Assembly: GCA_040222015.1 (NCBI GenBank)
Contig: JAVJWO010000178.1
Coordinates: forward strand, 32,001 to 96,000
DNA: 64,000 bases
Reading direction: 5' to 3'
From: Coleofasciculus chthonoplastes F2-STO-03
GTDB taxonomy: Bacteria; Cyanobacteriota; Cyanobacteriia; Cyanobacteriales; Coleofasciculaceae
Part shown: one piece after another, positions 1 to 10,206 of the stretch
Layout of the letters: every line of letters begins with the position of its first letter
How positions within the stretch are numbered: position 1 is the first letter of the stretch
The notes under the pieces: generated by a model
Database searches by the model: none
The model's input: the letters and a program-made list of their open reading frames with translations, nothing else
What the model was told of the DNA's origin: nothing
Made by a program: the position numbers and the translations under genes

Positions 1-194
1 CTTTGCGAAGTGAGCAGGAGACACAAGCAAGAGCCAAGTTTTCAGCAATTGTCTCGCCACCCGCTACGACAGGAACAATGTGGTCGATATGGAAAGTAGC
101 TACTTGACCAATTTGTGATATACCGCAATATTCGAGGGCGGTTCTCTGCTCTTTGAATGACTAATCGGCGGAGGGAAGCTGGAATTGTTGCCAT
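1..194 (-). pseudogene. HNH endonuclease, frameshifted, runs off the window start
   Basis: From ATG at 194 the minus strand reads MATIPASLRRLVIQRAENR, then after a one-base shift near 135-138 EYCGISQIGQVATFHIDHIVPVVAGGETIAENLALACVSCSLRK (HIDHI..GG...NL...C..C HNH motif). Absent from the ORF track. Confidence 0.75.
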
Positions 195-340
195 CTATGC
201 TTGCTTCATCACCCGTGTTGATCGCAAACGCAGTAGAGATAAAAATTCCACTAACCACCTCCATCCCATCACTCAATCATTGCTTTTAAGCTTAGTTTTT
301 GGTGCTACAGGGGCAGTCGCAACCAAGGGAATCATTGCTC

Positions 341-583
341 TCATTCAAAATCGAGGTGTAATTGCAGGGCGTTTAACTCAGTTAATTCCAGGCGGTAGTA
401 ATAAGACAGCCAAATTACCTGGGTTAAATCCTCTTGGTCAGCTTCGGGGTGTTGGGGTGGTTTTTCGGCAGTTGCCTCGCTATCCTGTCTCTGTTGCTGA
501 TTGCCATTATCAACATGAGTATTTGTTTTCTCAGGAGTGGCGGTGGTGTTTTCTGTCAAGAAATGTTCACAACGATTGGTCAA
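341..583 (-). CDS. Small hypothetical protein
   Basis: 80-aa ORF, polar N-half and structured-looking C-terminus; no family recognised. Confidence 0.3.
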   Translation of the reverse strand: MTNRCEHFLTENTTATPEKTNTHVDNGNQQQRQDSEATAEKPPQHPEADQEDLTQVIWLSYYYRLELTELNALQLHLDFE

Positions 584-654
584 TATCCAGGTTTTGGATT
601 AATAATAGGAGTTTTAATAGACAGAAAATTTCAAAAAGCTGGGAGCAGCCTAAA

Positions 655-882
655 ATGAGCGATCGCCTGAATTTTTTATATCCTCGTTGTCGCTACTATG
701 GTCAGATGAAACCGCACTATCTGGTCTTTAATGCCAATTTGCAAGAATTTGCCCAGCGAGTAACAACTATCTGCAACCTACAAACCTCCGGAAAATTGCC
801 TCCGGAACAGGCTTATGAGCAAATTCAAGACCTTTGGCAGCAGTTACAAGAATCGGGTCAGCATCTTCTGGATAGTGATTAA
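655..882 (+). CDS. Small conserved cyanobacterial protein (DUF7219-like)
   Basis: ATG at 655; FLYPR.RYYG...LVFNANLQEFAQRV..IC.L.T.GK..PE.AY..I..LW motif typical of a small cyanobacterial family; the upstream part of ORF 157..882 looks non-coding. Confidence 0.75.
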   Translation: MSDRLNFLYPRCRYYGQMKPHYLVFNANLQEFAQRVTTICNLQTSGKLPPEQAYEQIQDLWQQLQESGQHLLDSD

Positions 883-904
883 ACGCTGAATAATCGATTA
901 AGAA

Positions 905-1048
905 TTAAGCCCTGAACTAAAGTACTCAAAGAGAAGCCGATCCGCGTCTACGGGCTAAAAGCTTGCGTCCCGTTAAAACGGGTTCAAAAACTTACCCAGT
1001 AAGCTCGATTCTTACTTGAGCGTTGGTTCCGGAAATTTATTTCCTGGC
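905..1048 (+). repeat. Dispersed MITE-like repeat (family B)
   Basis: Blocks TTAAGCCCTGAACTAAAGT / TTAAAACGGGTT / AGTAAGC..CTTACTT / GAAATTTATTTCC recur in reverse orientation at 50040-50286. Confidence 0.65.
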
Positions 1049-1333
1049 GTCGTCACCCCTTCCGGAGGGAAGCTTACTGCCACTTTTTTTACTAGCAAAA
1101 ATTCCCTGCAAAGCAGTGATATACATCAATAATTTTGAGTGATGTGACAACGGAAACTAAAAATTATACGATCAGTTAGTCGCCATGAAAAGCTTATTCG
1201 CCGGCTCAAGACAAATGTAAACAAAAATTACGTCGATTTAGCATGAAAAATTCGGCAATCTGGCGTAGGTCTAAATAGCCTTCTTACCTACACAATAAAG
1301 AGAGGAATAATCCAGCGTAATAGACAGAACACA

Positions 1334-1747
1334 ATGCAAACCACGCCTTTAACAAAAAACCATAAAACACGGATATTGCTGGCGGAAGACAATCGGGTGA
1401 ATCAGAAGTTTGCCCTACTTTTGCTCAAGAAACTGGGCTATCAGACTGATGTCGTGAGTAACGGTGCAGAGGCATTACAGGCTTTGCAGAGTCAGTCTTA
1501 TGATGTCGTGTTTATGGATGTGGAAATGCCAGAAATGGATGGTTTAACCGCGACGCGCCAGATATGTGAGCAGTGGGCTGCTGGCGAACGCCCCCGGATT
1601 ATTGCGCTGACGGCTTATGCTCGGCGGGGGGATCGAGAACAGTGCTTGGCGGCGGGGATGGATGATTATATGACGAAACCGATTGAGTTGCCAAAACTGG
1701 TTCAGGCGTTGCAGAAGGTATCGGATAGTCATCAGGGGTTAACCTGA
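1334..1747 (+). CDS. Single-domain response regulator (CheY-like receiver)
   Basis: ILLAEDN, FMDVEMPEMDG, ALTA, TKP receiver motifs. Confidence 0.92.
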   Translation: MQTTPLTKNHKTRILLAEDNRVNQKFALLLLKKLGYQTDVVSNGAEALQALQSQSYDVVFMDVEMPEMDGLTATRQICEQWAAGERPRIIALTAYARRGDREQCLAAGMDDYMTKPIELPKLVQALQKVSDSHQGLT

Positions 1748-2068
1748 AGTTCCCCCAAGCAAAAAATCTTGCACTGCCTCACCGTGCGGCTTGGCGCGAT
1801 TTTTTAGACGTTCGGCGAGACGTTCGGCGAGCGCTCAGTCGAGTCGTCGAGCCGCCGCCGTACTTATGTACAATCGCGCTCAACCTTGATGTAGCGGGTG
1901 TTTTCACCGATAAGATTGTCTATTGCCTTGCATAGCGCGATCGCGCTTTTCATGAACACAAATTGAACATAGCATAGACGCGATCGCTAACATTGAGTAT
2001 TTTGCCGATAATTTAGGCTGAGAGTTCACCTTGTTCGGTGTAGAGGCGGATTCTGGTTGTAGTACAAC

Positions 2069-2572
2069 TCAAGCCGCGCCAAACTCTTCTTGCAACGCTT
2101 CATCATTATCATCAGCAATAGTGGCAACAATGGTAATCGCCCGAGAAATTTCTCCCGGCGATAGTTCAGCCACCGTGCGTGACGATAACACCACCACTTG
2201 ATCATCCACAATCCCAAAACGGGATTCAAAGGTATCTGACCAGTTCATTTCCAGAAGCCTACGCATCAATTCGGCTTCTTTTTCTGCCGGGAGGTTCAGC
2301 ACCGAAGACCAAACAGTGAATGTATCCTCGTCTGTAGAACCCGTTAACTGGACAAAGACTTCTACGCTACCATACTTAAACTTCCATAGATAGCCTTCAT
2401 CGTTATGGCTAACCATAGCGCTGTCATCTTGCTCCAGGCTAGAGATGACTGTTTCGATGGTTTCTACATAGTTGACGGTAGTCTTGTCTTGGATAAACTC
2501 CGTGGAAACAATCTCCTCCGTTGACAAGCCTTCAGTAGACACCGTTTCTGAACTTGATTTTTTAGTGGACAT
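2069..2572 (-). CDS. YbjN-domain (T3SS chaperone-fold) protein
   Basis: WKFKYGSVEVFVQL, LLEMNWSDTFESRFGI, ISRAITIVATIADDND; start taken at ATG 2572. Confidence 0.8.
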   Translation of the reverse strand: MSTKKSSSETVSTEGLSTEEIVSTEFIQDKTTVNYVETIETVISSLEQDDSAMVSHNDEGYLWKFKYGSVEVFVQLTGSTDEDTFTVWSSVLNLPAEKEAELMRRLLEMNWSDTFESRFGIVDDQVVVLSSRTVAELSPGEISRAITIVATIADDNDEALQEEFGAA

Positions 2573-2876
2573 AAACGTTTCTCTATAGCAATTGACAATT
2601 TTACATAACACAAAGGCATGGTATTTACAATGGATACGTCCTGTAGCTTACTGGGAACATGGCAAGCATTATCAGCGATGCACCTAACTTTAACCAATGA
2701 TGGAAGAAAAGGGAAGGCAGTAAGTCCCACACCATAATCGCCAGATTTGCCGTTTTTGATACTTGGGAGTACCCCCCAAGCTTATTTTATCCGTTAACCC
2801 CGATTACTTACCCGCAAAGACCCAGAACCCCGACTTCTTCAAGAAGTCGGGTTCTTACTTAGGGTTCTCAACTCTA

Positions 2877-3003
2877 AGTAGGTTGGTGGAAATAAACTTA
2901 ACTAGATTAAGTTATGTAAACAAGTCTCAAACCCTTACTGTTCCCTGTTCCCTGTTAAGAGTTCCCTAATCTCCACCGCTAACTTTAATTGCGTCCACCT
3001 ACT
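2877..3003. mobile_element. 127-bp MITE (family A) flanked by TA
   Basis: Terminal inverted repeats AGTAGGT...ACCTACT; a copy differing at one base lies at 50091-50217. Confidence 0.85.
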
Positions 3004-3031
3004 TAGAGAGCGAATTCCTTTGAAAATGTGC

Positions 3032-3931
3032 CTAAGCCTTAGCTTTGTGTTGCTTATTGGGGACAATATTCAGTCCGTTCAAGAACATCGGTACAAACTT
3101 TTCCATAAACATCTTGGGATCACGTTGCCAAGCTCGTTGTGCCACAGTTAGACGGGTCATCTGCAATTCGGGGGCTAGCAGTGTCTGCGGTATGTTTTCC
3201 ATCAGGTACTTGGGACGTTCCCAAACCTCTAAAGTATTGGCAATTTCTAACAGATGGTTGAGTCGGCGCAGTTCTGCACCAGCCATGATATCCATCCCAG
3301 CCTCATAAGCTGCCTGTTCAATTGCCACATACTGGCGCTTAGCTTGTTCCACCTTCCGGCGATGTCGGGGGCTTTTATCGGCAATTTTAGCCAGCCATCG
3401 GTTACCCCATCGGACGTGAACGGCTTCTTCTGGGAAAATTCGTTCAATTGTTTCTCTAATCTTGATGTTTTCTTCGGTTTGTGGAGCTTCTTTCAACGCT
3501 CGAATATGAGCCGAGAAATATTCACAACCGCGCTTTTCCGTGACGTTGATTGCCGCTAAGGCAGCAATAAGCCCATCTTCTTTGTTGTCTGGTGATTCAT
3601 AGGTTGGCTGGTCGATGAGTCGCTCGAACTCATGGATGTAGGATACTCCGGGAGGCATGCCAATATCTGCACCCAAGTCTACCAGGAGGTCTGTCAACCA
3701 CATCGCATGGCGAGCTTCGTCACAAATGTGATGAGACAGTTCCTGTACCAAGTCTCGCGGTTGACCATTGAGTTTTTCGACTACTTCCGTGAGGTCTTTG
3801 CAGCTATGTTGTTCGTTATAGCGGTAGCGATTCAGCGTGATCAGGTGTATTTCGCGATCGCTCACTACCCGTTGGAGGATTTCACGCGCACTAACAGAGT
3901 TTTTCAGTTTGCGGGGATATGCAACAGTCAT
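3032..3931 (-). CDS. Ferritin-like di-iron domain protein
   Basis: Paired ExxH motifs (DEARH, EEAVH) plus TEKRG. Confidence 0.8.
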   Translation of the reverse strand: MTVAYPRKLKNSVSAREILQRVVSDREIHLITLNRYRYNEQHSCKDLTEVVEKLNGQPRDLVQELSHHICDEARHAMWLTDLLVDLGADIGMPPGVSYIHEFERLIDQPTYESPDNKEDGLIAALAAINVTEKRGCEYFSAHIRALKEAPQTEENIKIRETIERIFPEEAVHVRWGNRWLAKIADKSPRHRRKVEQAKRQYVAIEQAAYEAGMDIMAGAELRRLNHLLEIANTLEVWERPKYLMENIPQTLLAPELQMTRLTVAQRAWQRDPKMFMEKFVPMFLNGLNIVPNKQHKAKA

Positions 3932-4024
3932 TAAGTTTTATGTTTTTTTGTAAATTTACTTTTTCAAGTGTAACAGAAATGAAAATCCCCTTTGCTTCCC
4001 CACTCTAGCCCAAGCCAGTTAACC

Positions 4025-4056
4025 AAAAAAGCCACCCTGACCGGATGGCTTTTTTT
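4025..4056 (-). terminator. Rho-independent terminator of glnA
   Basis: AAAAAAGCCA...TGGCTTTTTTT hairpin about 25 bp past the glnA stop. Confidence 0.8.
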
Positions 4057-4080
4057 GTCATTTTGTGCTAATGGTTGAGA

Positions 4081-5502
4081 CTAGACATCATAGTAGAGGG
4101 AAAACTCATAGGGATGAGGACGCAACCGCATCGGGTTGATCTCATTGTCGAGTTTGTAGGCAATCCAGTTGTCGATAAAGTCTTCGGTGAATACACCTGT
4201 ACTGGTCAAGAAAGTATGATCCTGCTCCAAATGCTCTAAAGCAGCTTCCAGAGAACCAGGAGTTGATGGGATTTTGCTCAATTCCTCTGGCGAGAGGTCA
4301 TAGATATCCACATCCAACGGTTCGCCCGGATCAATTTCATTCTTAATCCCATCCAAGCCGGCACACAACATTGCGGCAAAAGCAATATAGGGATTACACG
4401 TCGCATCAGGACAACGGAATTCCATCCGCTTCGCCTTAGGATTGTCACCAGACAAGGGAATCCGGATGGAGGCGGAACGGTTTCCTTGGGAGTAAGCCAA
4501 GTTCACAGGTGCTTCAAATCCTGGCACCAAGCGCTTGTAGGAGTTTGTCGTTGGGTTGGTGAGGGCTAACAAAGCGGGGGCATGTCTGAGTAAACCGCCG
4601 ATGTAATGCAGCGCCATCTTGCTCAACCCAGCGTAGCCATCGCCAAAGAACAGGGGTTTCCCATTCTTCCAGATGGACTGGTGAGTGTGCATCCCAGAAC
4701 CATTGTCGTTAAATATTGGCTTGGGCATAAAGGTGGCAGTTTTGCCATACTTCTTGGCGACATTTTTAACCACATATTTGTACACCATCAAGAAGTCACC
4801 GGCTTCCACGATTGGTGCAAAACGGACACCGAGTTCGTTCTGTCCCCCAGAGGCAACTTCGTGGTGATGCTTTTCAATTGGCACACCACATTGAGCCATG
4901 GTGAGCAGCATTTCGGTACGCATGTCTTGCATCGTATCCGTAGGTGAGACGGGGAAATATCCTTCTTTGTAGCGCGGTTTATATCCCAGGTTCCCGCCAG
5001 CTTCTTCCCGTCCAGAATTCCAACGCCCTTCCACGCTATCTACGTAGTAGAACCCTTTGCTCTCTGTTTGATCAAAGCGAACATCCTCGAAGATAAAGAA
5101 CTCAGCTTCTGGACCAAAAAAGGTAATATCGCCAATTCCGGTGGACTTCAAAAAGTCCAGTGCTTTCTGGGCGATGGTGCGGGGGTCACGGCTGTACCAT
5201 TCACCCGTGCGGGGTTCCTTGATTGAGCAGATCATGCTCAATGTTTTTTCTTTCATGAATGGGTCGATCCAAGCCGTTTTCGGATCGGGAACCATTGACA
5301 TGTCCGATTCGTTAATGGCTTTCCAACCACGAATACTTGACCCGTCGAACGCTACCCCATCTTCAAAAGCACTTTCGTCTATTTGATCATAGTAAAACGA
5401 GCAGTGCTGCCAGATTCCTGGCATATCAATGAATTTGAGGTCAATAATCTTAATGTCTTGATCTTGAATCATTTTCAAGACTTCTTGTGGCGTTTCTGGC
5501 AT
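4081..5502 (-). CDS. glnA: Glutamine synthetase type I
   Basis: [42 protein letters not shown]; 473 aa. Confidence 0.99.
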   Translation of the reverse strand: MPETPQEVLKMIQDQDIKIIDLKFIDMPGIWQHCSFYYDQIDESAFEDGVAFDGSSIRGWKAINESDMSMVPDPKTAWIDPFMKEKTLSMICSIKEPRTGEWYSRDPRTIAQKALDFLKSTGIGDITFFGPEAEFFIFEDVRFDQTESKGFYYVDSVEGRWNSGREEAGGNLGYKPRYKEGYFPVSPTDTMQDMRTEMLLTMAQCGVPIEKHHHEVASGGQNELGVRFAPIVEAGDFLMVYKYVVKNVAKKYGKTATFMPKPIFNDNGSGMHTHQSIWKNGKPLFFGDGYAGLSKMALHYIGGLLRHAPALLALTNPTTNSYKRLVPGFEAPVNLAYSQGNRSASIRIPLSGDNPKAKRMEFRCPDATCNPYIAFAAMLCAGLDGIKNEIDPGEPLDVDIYDLSPEELSKIPSTPGSLEAALEHLEQDHTFLTSTGVFTEDFIDNWIAYKLDNEINPMRLRPHPYEFSLYYDV

Positions 5503-5630
5503 GAATGACTCCTTTTGTCAAGTGGACTATTGTTTAGAAAAGTTCAAATAGCGGTGGGGCAGTTGAAGTTCTCACCGACCTCGACAGACGGTTATGTCTG
5601 TCCTAAACCTGTCTCCTGTTCATCTGACTC

Positions 5631-5672
5631 ATCCTAGGGAGAGGTCGAGGGAGCTTTTGTATCCAAAGTTAC
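5631..5672 (-). promoter_or_regulatory. NtcA-activated promoter of glnA
   Basis: Minus strand GTAACTTTGGATAC (GTA-N8-TAC, 5672-5659), exactly 22 nt, then TAGGAT -10 box (5636-5631). Confidence 0.9.
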
Positions 5673-5719
5673 AAAATCTAGTTTCCTGATCCTTGATATC
5701 CTAAGAAAAAGATTAAATT

Positions 5720-5733
5720 GTATTAAATGTTAC
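5720..5733. promoter_or_regulatory. Second NtcA-type box between glnA and apcF
   Basis: GTATTAAATGTTAC = GTA-N8-TAC. Confidence 0.6.
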
Positions 5734-5952
5734 CAAATGCTCAGGATTGCCCGTCCCCTATTTGTCAATTCGCTCAACAATGACGTATTCTAGTCTAGAT
5801 AAGCCAAGTTGCTTTGGGAGCAATATTTGGGCAGTCCAGCTTATGTGATCAAGAATGGTGCAGGAATTCTCATTCCAGAGACTTTTGATGAGAGCGTCGC
5901 AATAACTGGCAATATAAATAGATAAAGATATATAGATTGGGAGAGCCGACTC

Positions 5953-6462
5953 ATGCGGGATGCGATTACAAGCCTGATTAGAAATTACGACATTACTGGT
6001 CGTTACCTCGATCGCGATGCGATCGATTCACTCAAATCTTACTTTGACAGTGGTACAGCCCGAATCATGGCTGCTGCTGTGGTCAATGCTAATGCAGCCT
6101 CAATTGTCAAGCAGGCAGGATCGCAACTCTTTGAAGACGTCCCGGAATTGATTCGTCCGGGTGGTAATGCTTACACCACTCGTCGCTATGCTGCTTGTCT
6201 GCGGGATATGGACTATTATCTCCGCTATGCCAGTTATGCACTGGTTGCTGGGAGTATGGATGTTCTAGACGAACGAGTTTTGCAAGGGTTACGGGAAACC
6301 TATAATTCCTTGGCGGTTCCAATTGGTCCAACTGTTCGCGGTATCCAAATTATGAAAGATATCCTGAAAGAACAAGTCGCTGCTGCTGGAGTGACTAATA
6401 CGGCATTTGTGGATCAACCCTTCGACTACATGACTCGTGAATTGAGCGAAAGCGATATTTAA
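5953..6462 (+). CDS. apcF: Allophycocyanin beta-18 subunit
   Basis: MRDAITSLI, PGGNAYTTRRYAACLRDMDYYLRYASYAL; 169 aa; divergent from glnA as in other cyanobacteria. Confidence 0.96.
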   Translation: MRDAITSLIRNYDITGRYLDRDAIDSLKSYFDSGTARIMAAAVVNANAASIVKQAGSQLFEDVPELIRPGGNAYTTRRYAACLRDMDYYLRYASYALVAGSMDVLDERVLQGLRETYNSLAVPIGPTVRGIQIMKDILKEQVAAAGVTNTAFVDQPFDYMTRELSESDI

Positions 6463-6623
6463 CCATTTTTCGCACCCAAAGGGTCACATCCAGGTTTTTG
6501 AACAAACAGATGATTAGGGACGTGTTTAATGTCCCTTCTTGGTATTCACAATTACTACCACTGCTGGACAAACTCTAACAATACTTAATGTAACTATCTT
6601 TGGGTGCAGTTTTTAATCGTTGT

Positions 6624-6959
6624 CTAAGATGAATGATTTAATGTGTATATTCCCAGACCAATCAACCCTAGGGCGATAACCTGTCTGATGCCAAACGGTT
6701 CTCCCCACATTAAATGAGCCAAAAAAGCCACCGCCACATAACTAATCGAAACGCTGGGAAAAGCCACAGAAACAGGGATTTCTCTAAGGGCAAAGATATA
6801 GAATAGAGAAGCACAGAAATAAGACGATAATCCCACAATAATGTAGGGTTGAAGAAAGAAAAGCTTACTACCAATACCCTGCATAGCGCCAGCTTTAAGG
6901 CTTAGTTGCCCACCGATACCAATCATAATCGAAATAATTAAAGCGAAATAGGCATTCAT
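6624..6959 (-). CDS. SMR/DMT (EamA-like, ArnE/F-like) small transporter
   Basis: About 110 aa, four hydrophobic helices, GQLSLK and IPVSVAFPSVSISYV motifs. Confidence 0.8.
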   Translation of the reverse strand: MNAYFALIISIMIGIGGQLSLKAGAMQGIGSKLFFLQPYIIVGLSSYFCASLFYIFALREIPVSVAFPSVSISYVAVAFLAHLMWGEPFGIRQVIALGLIGLGIYTLNHSS

Positions 6960-7361
6960 GAAAAAATTCTCCAATGAGCGTAGAACTATCTTAATCTAAA
7001 AGTCAAATAAATAAGCCTTTGTTGCTCAACAGATTTAGGATTAAGCCGCGTGACATTTATCTGAATTGACCTGAGCCATCTTGAGTGATATCCTGACTTA
7101 TCCCGAGCTAATCCGTGCTTTATTCCTGACTTTTCCCCATTGAATCTGCCAAAATTTAAACAGAAACTTGCAGATGTCCACTAAAAAACCAATGGGGGTT
7201 GAGAGCGTGAGTGAGAGTAGACCTACGGCATCTGGGTTGATTCATGGATGCGGTGACATCTGTAAAAACCATAACGTTACAGAAACCCGCGCAAAAATGT
7301 TACATAAAGTACAATAAATCAACCGCTAGCATAGTGAAATAGAATAGGTCGATTATAGGTT

Positions 7362-8921
7362 ATGAGTAAACGCGATAATCCGCTAGTATTGATTTTAGCT
7401 TTAGCCGCTACCTTGGGTCTGATTGGAGGGGGTCTGTGGGTGTTGAGTAAGGCTGCACCTGATCTAGTTCCTAATCTGTCAAGTCAGACTCAAACCAAAG
7501 CTGCCAAAGGTGAACTGAGAATTCTGGGAGATACATTCAGCGGCTATAGCACGTTTCGCAGTCAGCCGTTTCAAGAGGCATTAGAAGAGGTTGGGCTGAA
7601 ACTGCGCTATCAAGATGAGTTTGATCAAGCTAAACGGGCTGAATTATTGAATCAGGGAAAAGCAGATTTATTAGTCACGACATTAGATCAGTTCCTGCAA
7701 CAACAACCCGAAGGACAAATTATTGGCTTGATTGACCGCACGGTAGGCGCTGATGCCGTTGTGCTGAATACGAAGAAATATCCAAACCTGAAGTCACTCT
7801 TAGATCTTAAGCAATTAGTTGAGCAAGAGCGATCGCAAGGACGACAGTTAACCCTCACCTTTGCCGGCGATACCCCCAGTGAGTACCTGGCGCTGGTGTT
7901 GAGTACCAAGTTTGAGGCGTTTAAGCTGGCAGATTTTCAAGTTGAAAAAGTCGCTGATGCGTCTGAGGCGTGGCAACTTTTACAAGATCCCAATCAGAAT
8001 GTGGCGGTGGCGGTGATTTGGGAACCCTATGTCACCCAAGCCAAAAAACAAGGGCATACTGTCGTTTTATCGAGTCAGGATGCACCCCAAGCCATTGTGG
8101 ATGTGATTGTGGCATCCAATCGTTTGATTGAGTCTCAACCTGAGAAAATTTCAGAATTACTGGAAGCCTACTATCGCCGGATTGATGTAAATGTTCGCGA
8201 ACCCTCCCAACTCAAAACGCAAATCGCGGAAGATGGGGAATTGTCTTCTAGTGAAGCTAGTGCCGTTTTACAGGGAATTGACTTTTTTACTGCCTCTGAA
8301 GCCCAGCAATGGATGAGTGATAATATCCTAGAAAAACGGATTGGTTCCACCGCCGCCGTATTAGTTTTAGCCGGTCGATTAAATGATGTGCCTCAAGCCC
8401 CCCAGAGCTTATTTTCACCTCAGTTTCTCACCAAAGCCGCAACTAATACCGAAACCTTAATTAGCTTAGTGCGTGCCGATAACCCAGAACTAGCAGACCG
8501 ACTTTCTGGGAAGGGAGAAACAGTTGCCGCTGTGCCGCAAGTCTCAGCCCAACAGATTACTGCTGCCCCAGATATTGGTAACTTAGAAGTGCGAGGAGAA
8601 GTGCAATTTGGTGTCGGTTTAGCGACATTAACCAGTCAAGGGCAACAAACCCTGAATCAGTTAGCCAATGAAATTCAGGAGTTTAATCCCCAAACTTTAG
8701 CCGTGCGGGTGATTGGTCATACCTCAAAAACAGGGGCAGCAGCGCTGAACCAAACCTTGAGTCAACAACGCGCCCAAGTTGTCGTGAACTATCTCAAAAA
8801 TCGTGGTCTTAAGCATAATTTTGTCGCAGAAGGCAAAGGCTTTAATCAACCCCTGTCTGGCATTCCGCCGACAGATCCCCGTCAACAGCGTACAGAAATC
8901 CGCTTAGTTCGGGTTAATTAA
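7362..8921 (+). CDS. Membrane-anchored solute-binding domain fused to OmpA-like peptidoglycan-binding domain
   Basis: N-terminal TM helix; IDRTVGADAVV and AVIWEPYV (NMT1/SsuA-like); C-terminal IGHTS..G....NQTLSQQRAQVV..YL, RTEIRL (OmpA-C). Confidence 0.85.
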   Translation: MSKRDNPLVLILALAATLGLIGGGLWVLSKAAPDLVPNLSSQTQTKAAKGELRILGDTFSGYSTFRSQPFQEALEEVGLKLRYQDEFDQAKRAELLNQGKADLLVTTLDQFLQQQPEGQIIGLIDRTVGADAVVLNTKKYPNLKSLLDLKQLVEQERSQGRQLTLTFAGDTPSEYLALVLSTKFEAFKLADFQVEKVADASEAWQLLQDPNQNVAVAVIWEPYVTQAKKQGHTVVLSSQDAPQAIVDVIVASNRLIESQPEKISELLEAYYRRIDVNVREPSQLKTQIAEDGELSSSEASAVLQGIDFFTASEAQQWMSDNILEKRIGSTAAVLVLAGRLNDVPQAPQSLFSPQFLTKAATNTETLISLVRADNPELADRLSGKGETVAAVPQVSAQQITAAPDIGNLEVRGEVQFGVGLATLTSQGQQTLNQLANEIQEFNPQTLAVRVIGHTSKTGAAALNQTLSQQRAQVVVNYLKNRGLKHNFVAEGKGFNQPLSGIPPTDPRQQRTEIRLVRVN

Positions 8922-8936
8922 GGAAGTTTTGAGTGT

Positions 8937-9012
8937 GTAGAGGCGGGTTTCACTACTATCTTTTGAAATGGTGCGTTACGCTAACGCTAACGCACCCTAC
9001 ACCCGCCCCGAC
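8937..9012. repeat. REP-like palindromic repeat with a nested short palindrome
   Basis: GTAG.GGCGGGTTTCAC...GGTGCGTTA..TAACGCACCCTACACCCGCCCCGAC; related copies at 52980-53054 and 57297-57376. Confidence 0.75.
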
Positions 9013-9039
9013 CAAGTGTTCAATTTTGAGTTTTAACCT

Positions 9040-10065
9040 ATGAAAATCCGGACTATTGTTACCTGGTTTACTTTATTTTTTGTCAGTTTAACTATTGCGG
9101 TTAGCTGTACTCCTGCTACTGATGTCTCCACCTCGGAATCCCCTTCAACACCAGCCGTTCAGATGGGATTCAGTGCATGGCCCGGTTGGTTACCCTGGCA
9201 AATCGCCGAGGAAGAACAACTCTTTGCCGCCAATGATGTGAAAGTGGATTTGAAGTGGTTTGATGGGTATCTGGATTCAATTAATGCCCTAGCCGCAGGT
9301 CAGTTAGATGCCAATACCCAAACATTGAATGACACCATTAGCTCTGTTGCGGCTGGCTCAGATCAAGTCATTGTTTTGGTGAATGATAATTCAACCGGAA
9401 ATGACAAAATTATTGTTCGTGAGGGAATTAATGCCATAGAGGATCTGCCCGGAAAAACGGTTGCTGTAGAAGCGGGTACAGTTGATCATTTTCTTTTACT
9501 CTTAGGATTAGAAAAAGCTGGATTATCTCCAGATGATGTGGAAATCAAACCCTTAGAAACGGGGGCAGCCTCTGCCGCATTTGTCGCCGGACAGGTTGAT
9601 GCTGTGGGTGTATTTGCGCCGTTTACAACCAAGGCATTAGAACGTCCTGGAAGTAAAGAGTTGTTTAGTTCAAAAGACTTTCCCGGTGCAATTCCTGATC
9701 ATCTCGTTGTGAGTCGGCAAATGGTTGAGGAACGCCCGGAAGCGGTACAAGCTTTAGTCAATACGTGGTTTGATACGCTGGATTTCATGAATAAAAATGC
9801 GGACAAGTCTTTGCAGATTTTAGCCAAACGAGCAGGAGTTACGGTTGATGAATATAAGGACTATGATGCTGGAACGACTATTTTTAGTATTGAGGAGAAT
9901 TTAGCGGCATTTGAACCGGGAGATGACATGACGTCGCTGCCTTATGCGGCTGAAGAAATTAGTACATTTTTAGTCGAGAATGGTTTAATTGAACAAGCCC
10001 CAGATTTGGATCAACTTTTAGATGATCGCTTTGTCAAAGCCTATGCTGAGAACCAGAAAACCTAA
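9040..10065 (+). CDS. ABC substrate-binding lipoprotein (nitrate/sulfonate/taurine class; guanidine/urea-carboxylase-linked type)
   Basis: Lipobox IAVSC; GFSAWPGWLPWQIA; VNDNSTGNDKII; GAIPDHLVV. Confidence 0.88.
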   Translation: MKIRTIVTWFTLFFVSLTIAVSCTPATDVSTSESPSTPAVQMGFSAWPGWLPWQIAEEEQLFAANDVKVDLKWFDGYLDSINALAAGQLDANTQTLNDTISSVAAGSDQVIVLVNDNSTGNDKIIVREGINAIEDLPGKTVAVEAGTVDHFLLLLGLEKAGLSPDDVEIKPLETGAASAAFVAGQVDAVGVFAPFTTKALERPGSKELFSSKDFPGAIPDHLVVSRQMVEERPEAVQALVNTWFDTLDFMNKNADKSLQILAKRAGVTVDEYKDYDAGTTIFSIEENLAAFEPGDDMTSLPYAAEEISTFLVENGLIEQAPDLDQLLDDRFVKAYAENQKT

Positions 10066-10206
10066 ATCTATTCGGGGCTGATTTGCTCTCGTACACAATC
10101 GGGGTTGTCGTCATTCATTGTGAATGTTTATCCACAAGAACCAGTTGTGTATCGAACTAAGACGATGATGTAGATAATCACAGCCAATAGTTTCTGGTAA
10201 ACCCTA

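Noticed and set aside
157..654. N-terminal 166 aa of the 241-aa ORF
   Set aside because: Antisense to the HNH remnant and another ORF; only the part from ATG 655 resembles a real protein
6975..7361. Guanidine-I (ykkC) riboswitch or NtcA promoter ahead of the ABC cluster
   Set aside because: No ykkC consensus blocks seen; GTTACATAAAGTAC at 7299-7312 is imperfect and lacks a properly spaced -10 box
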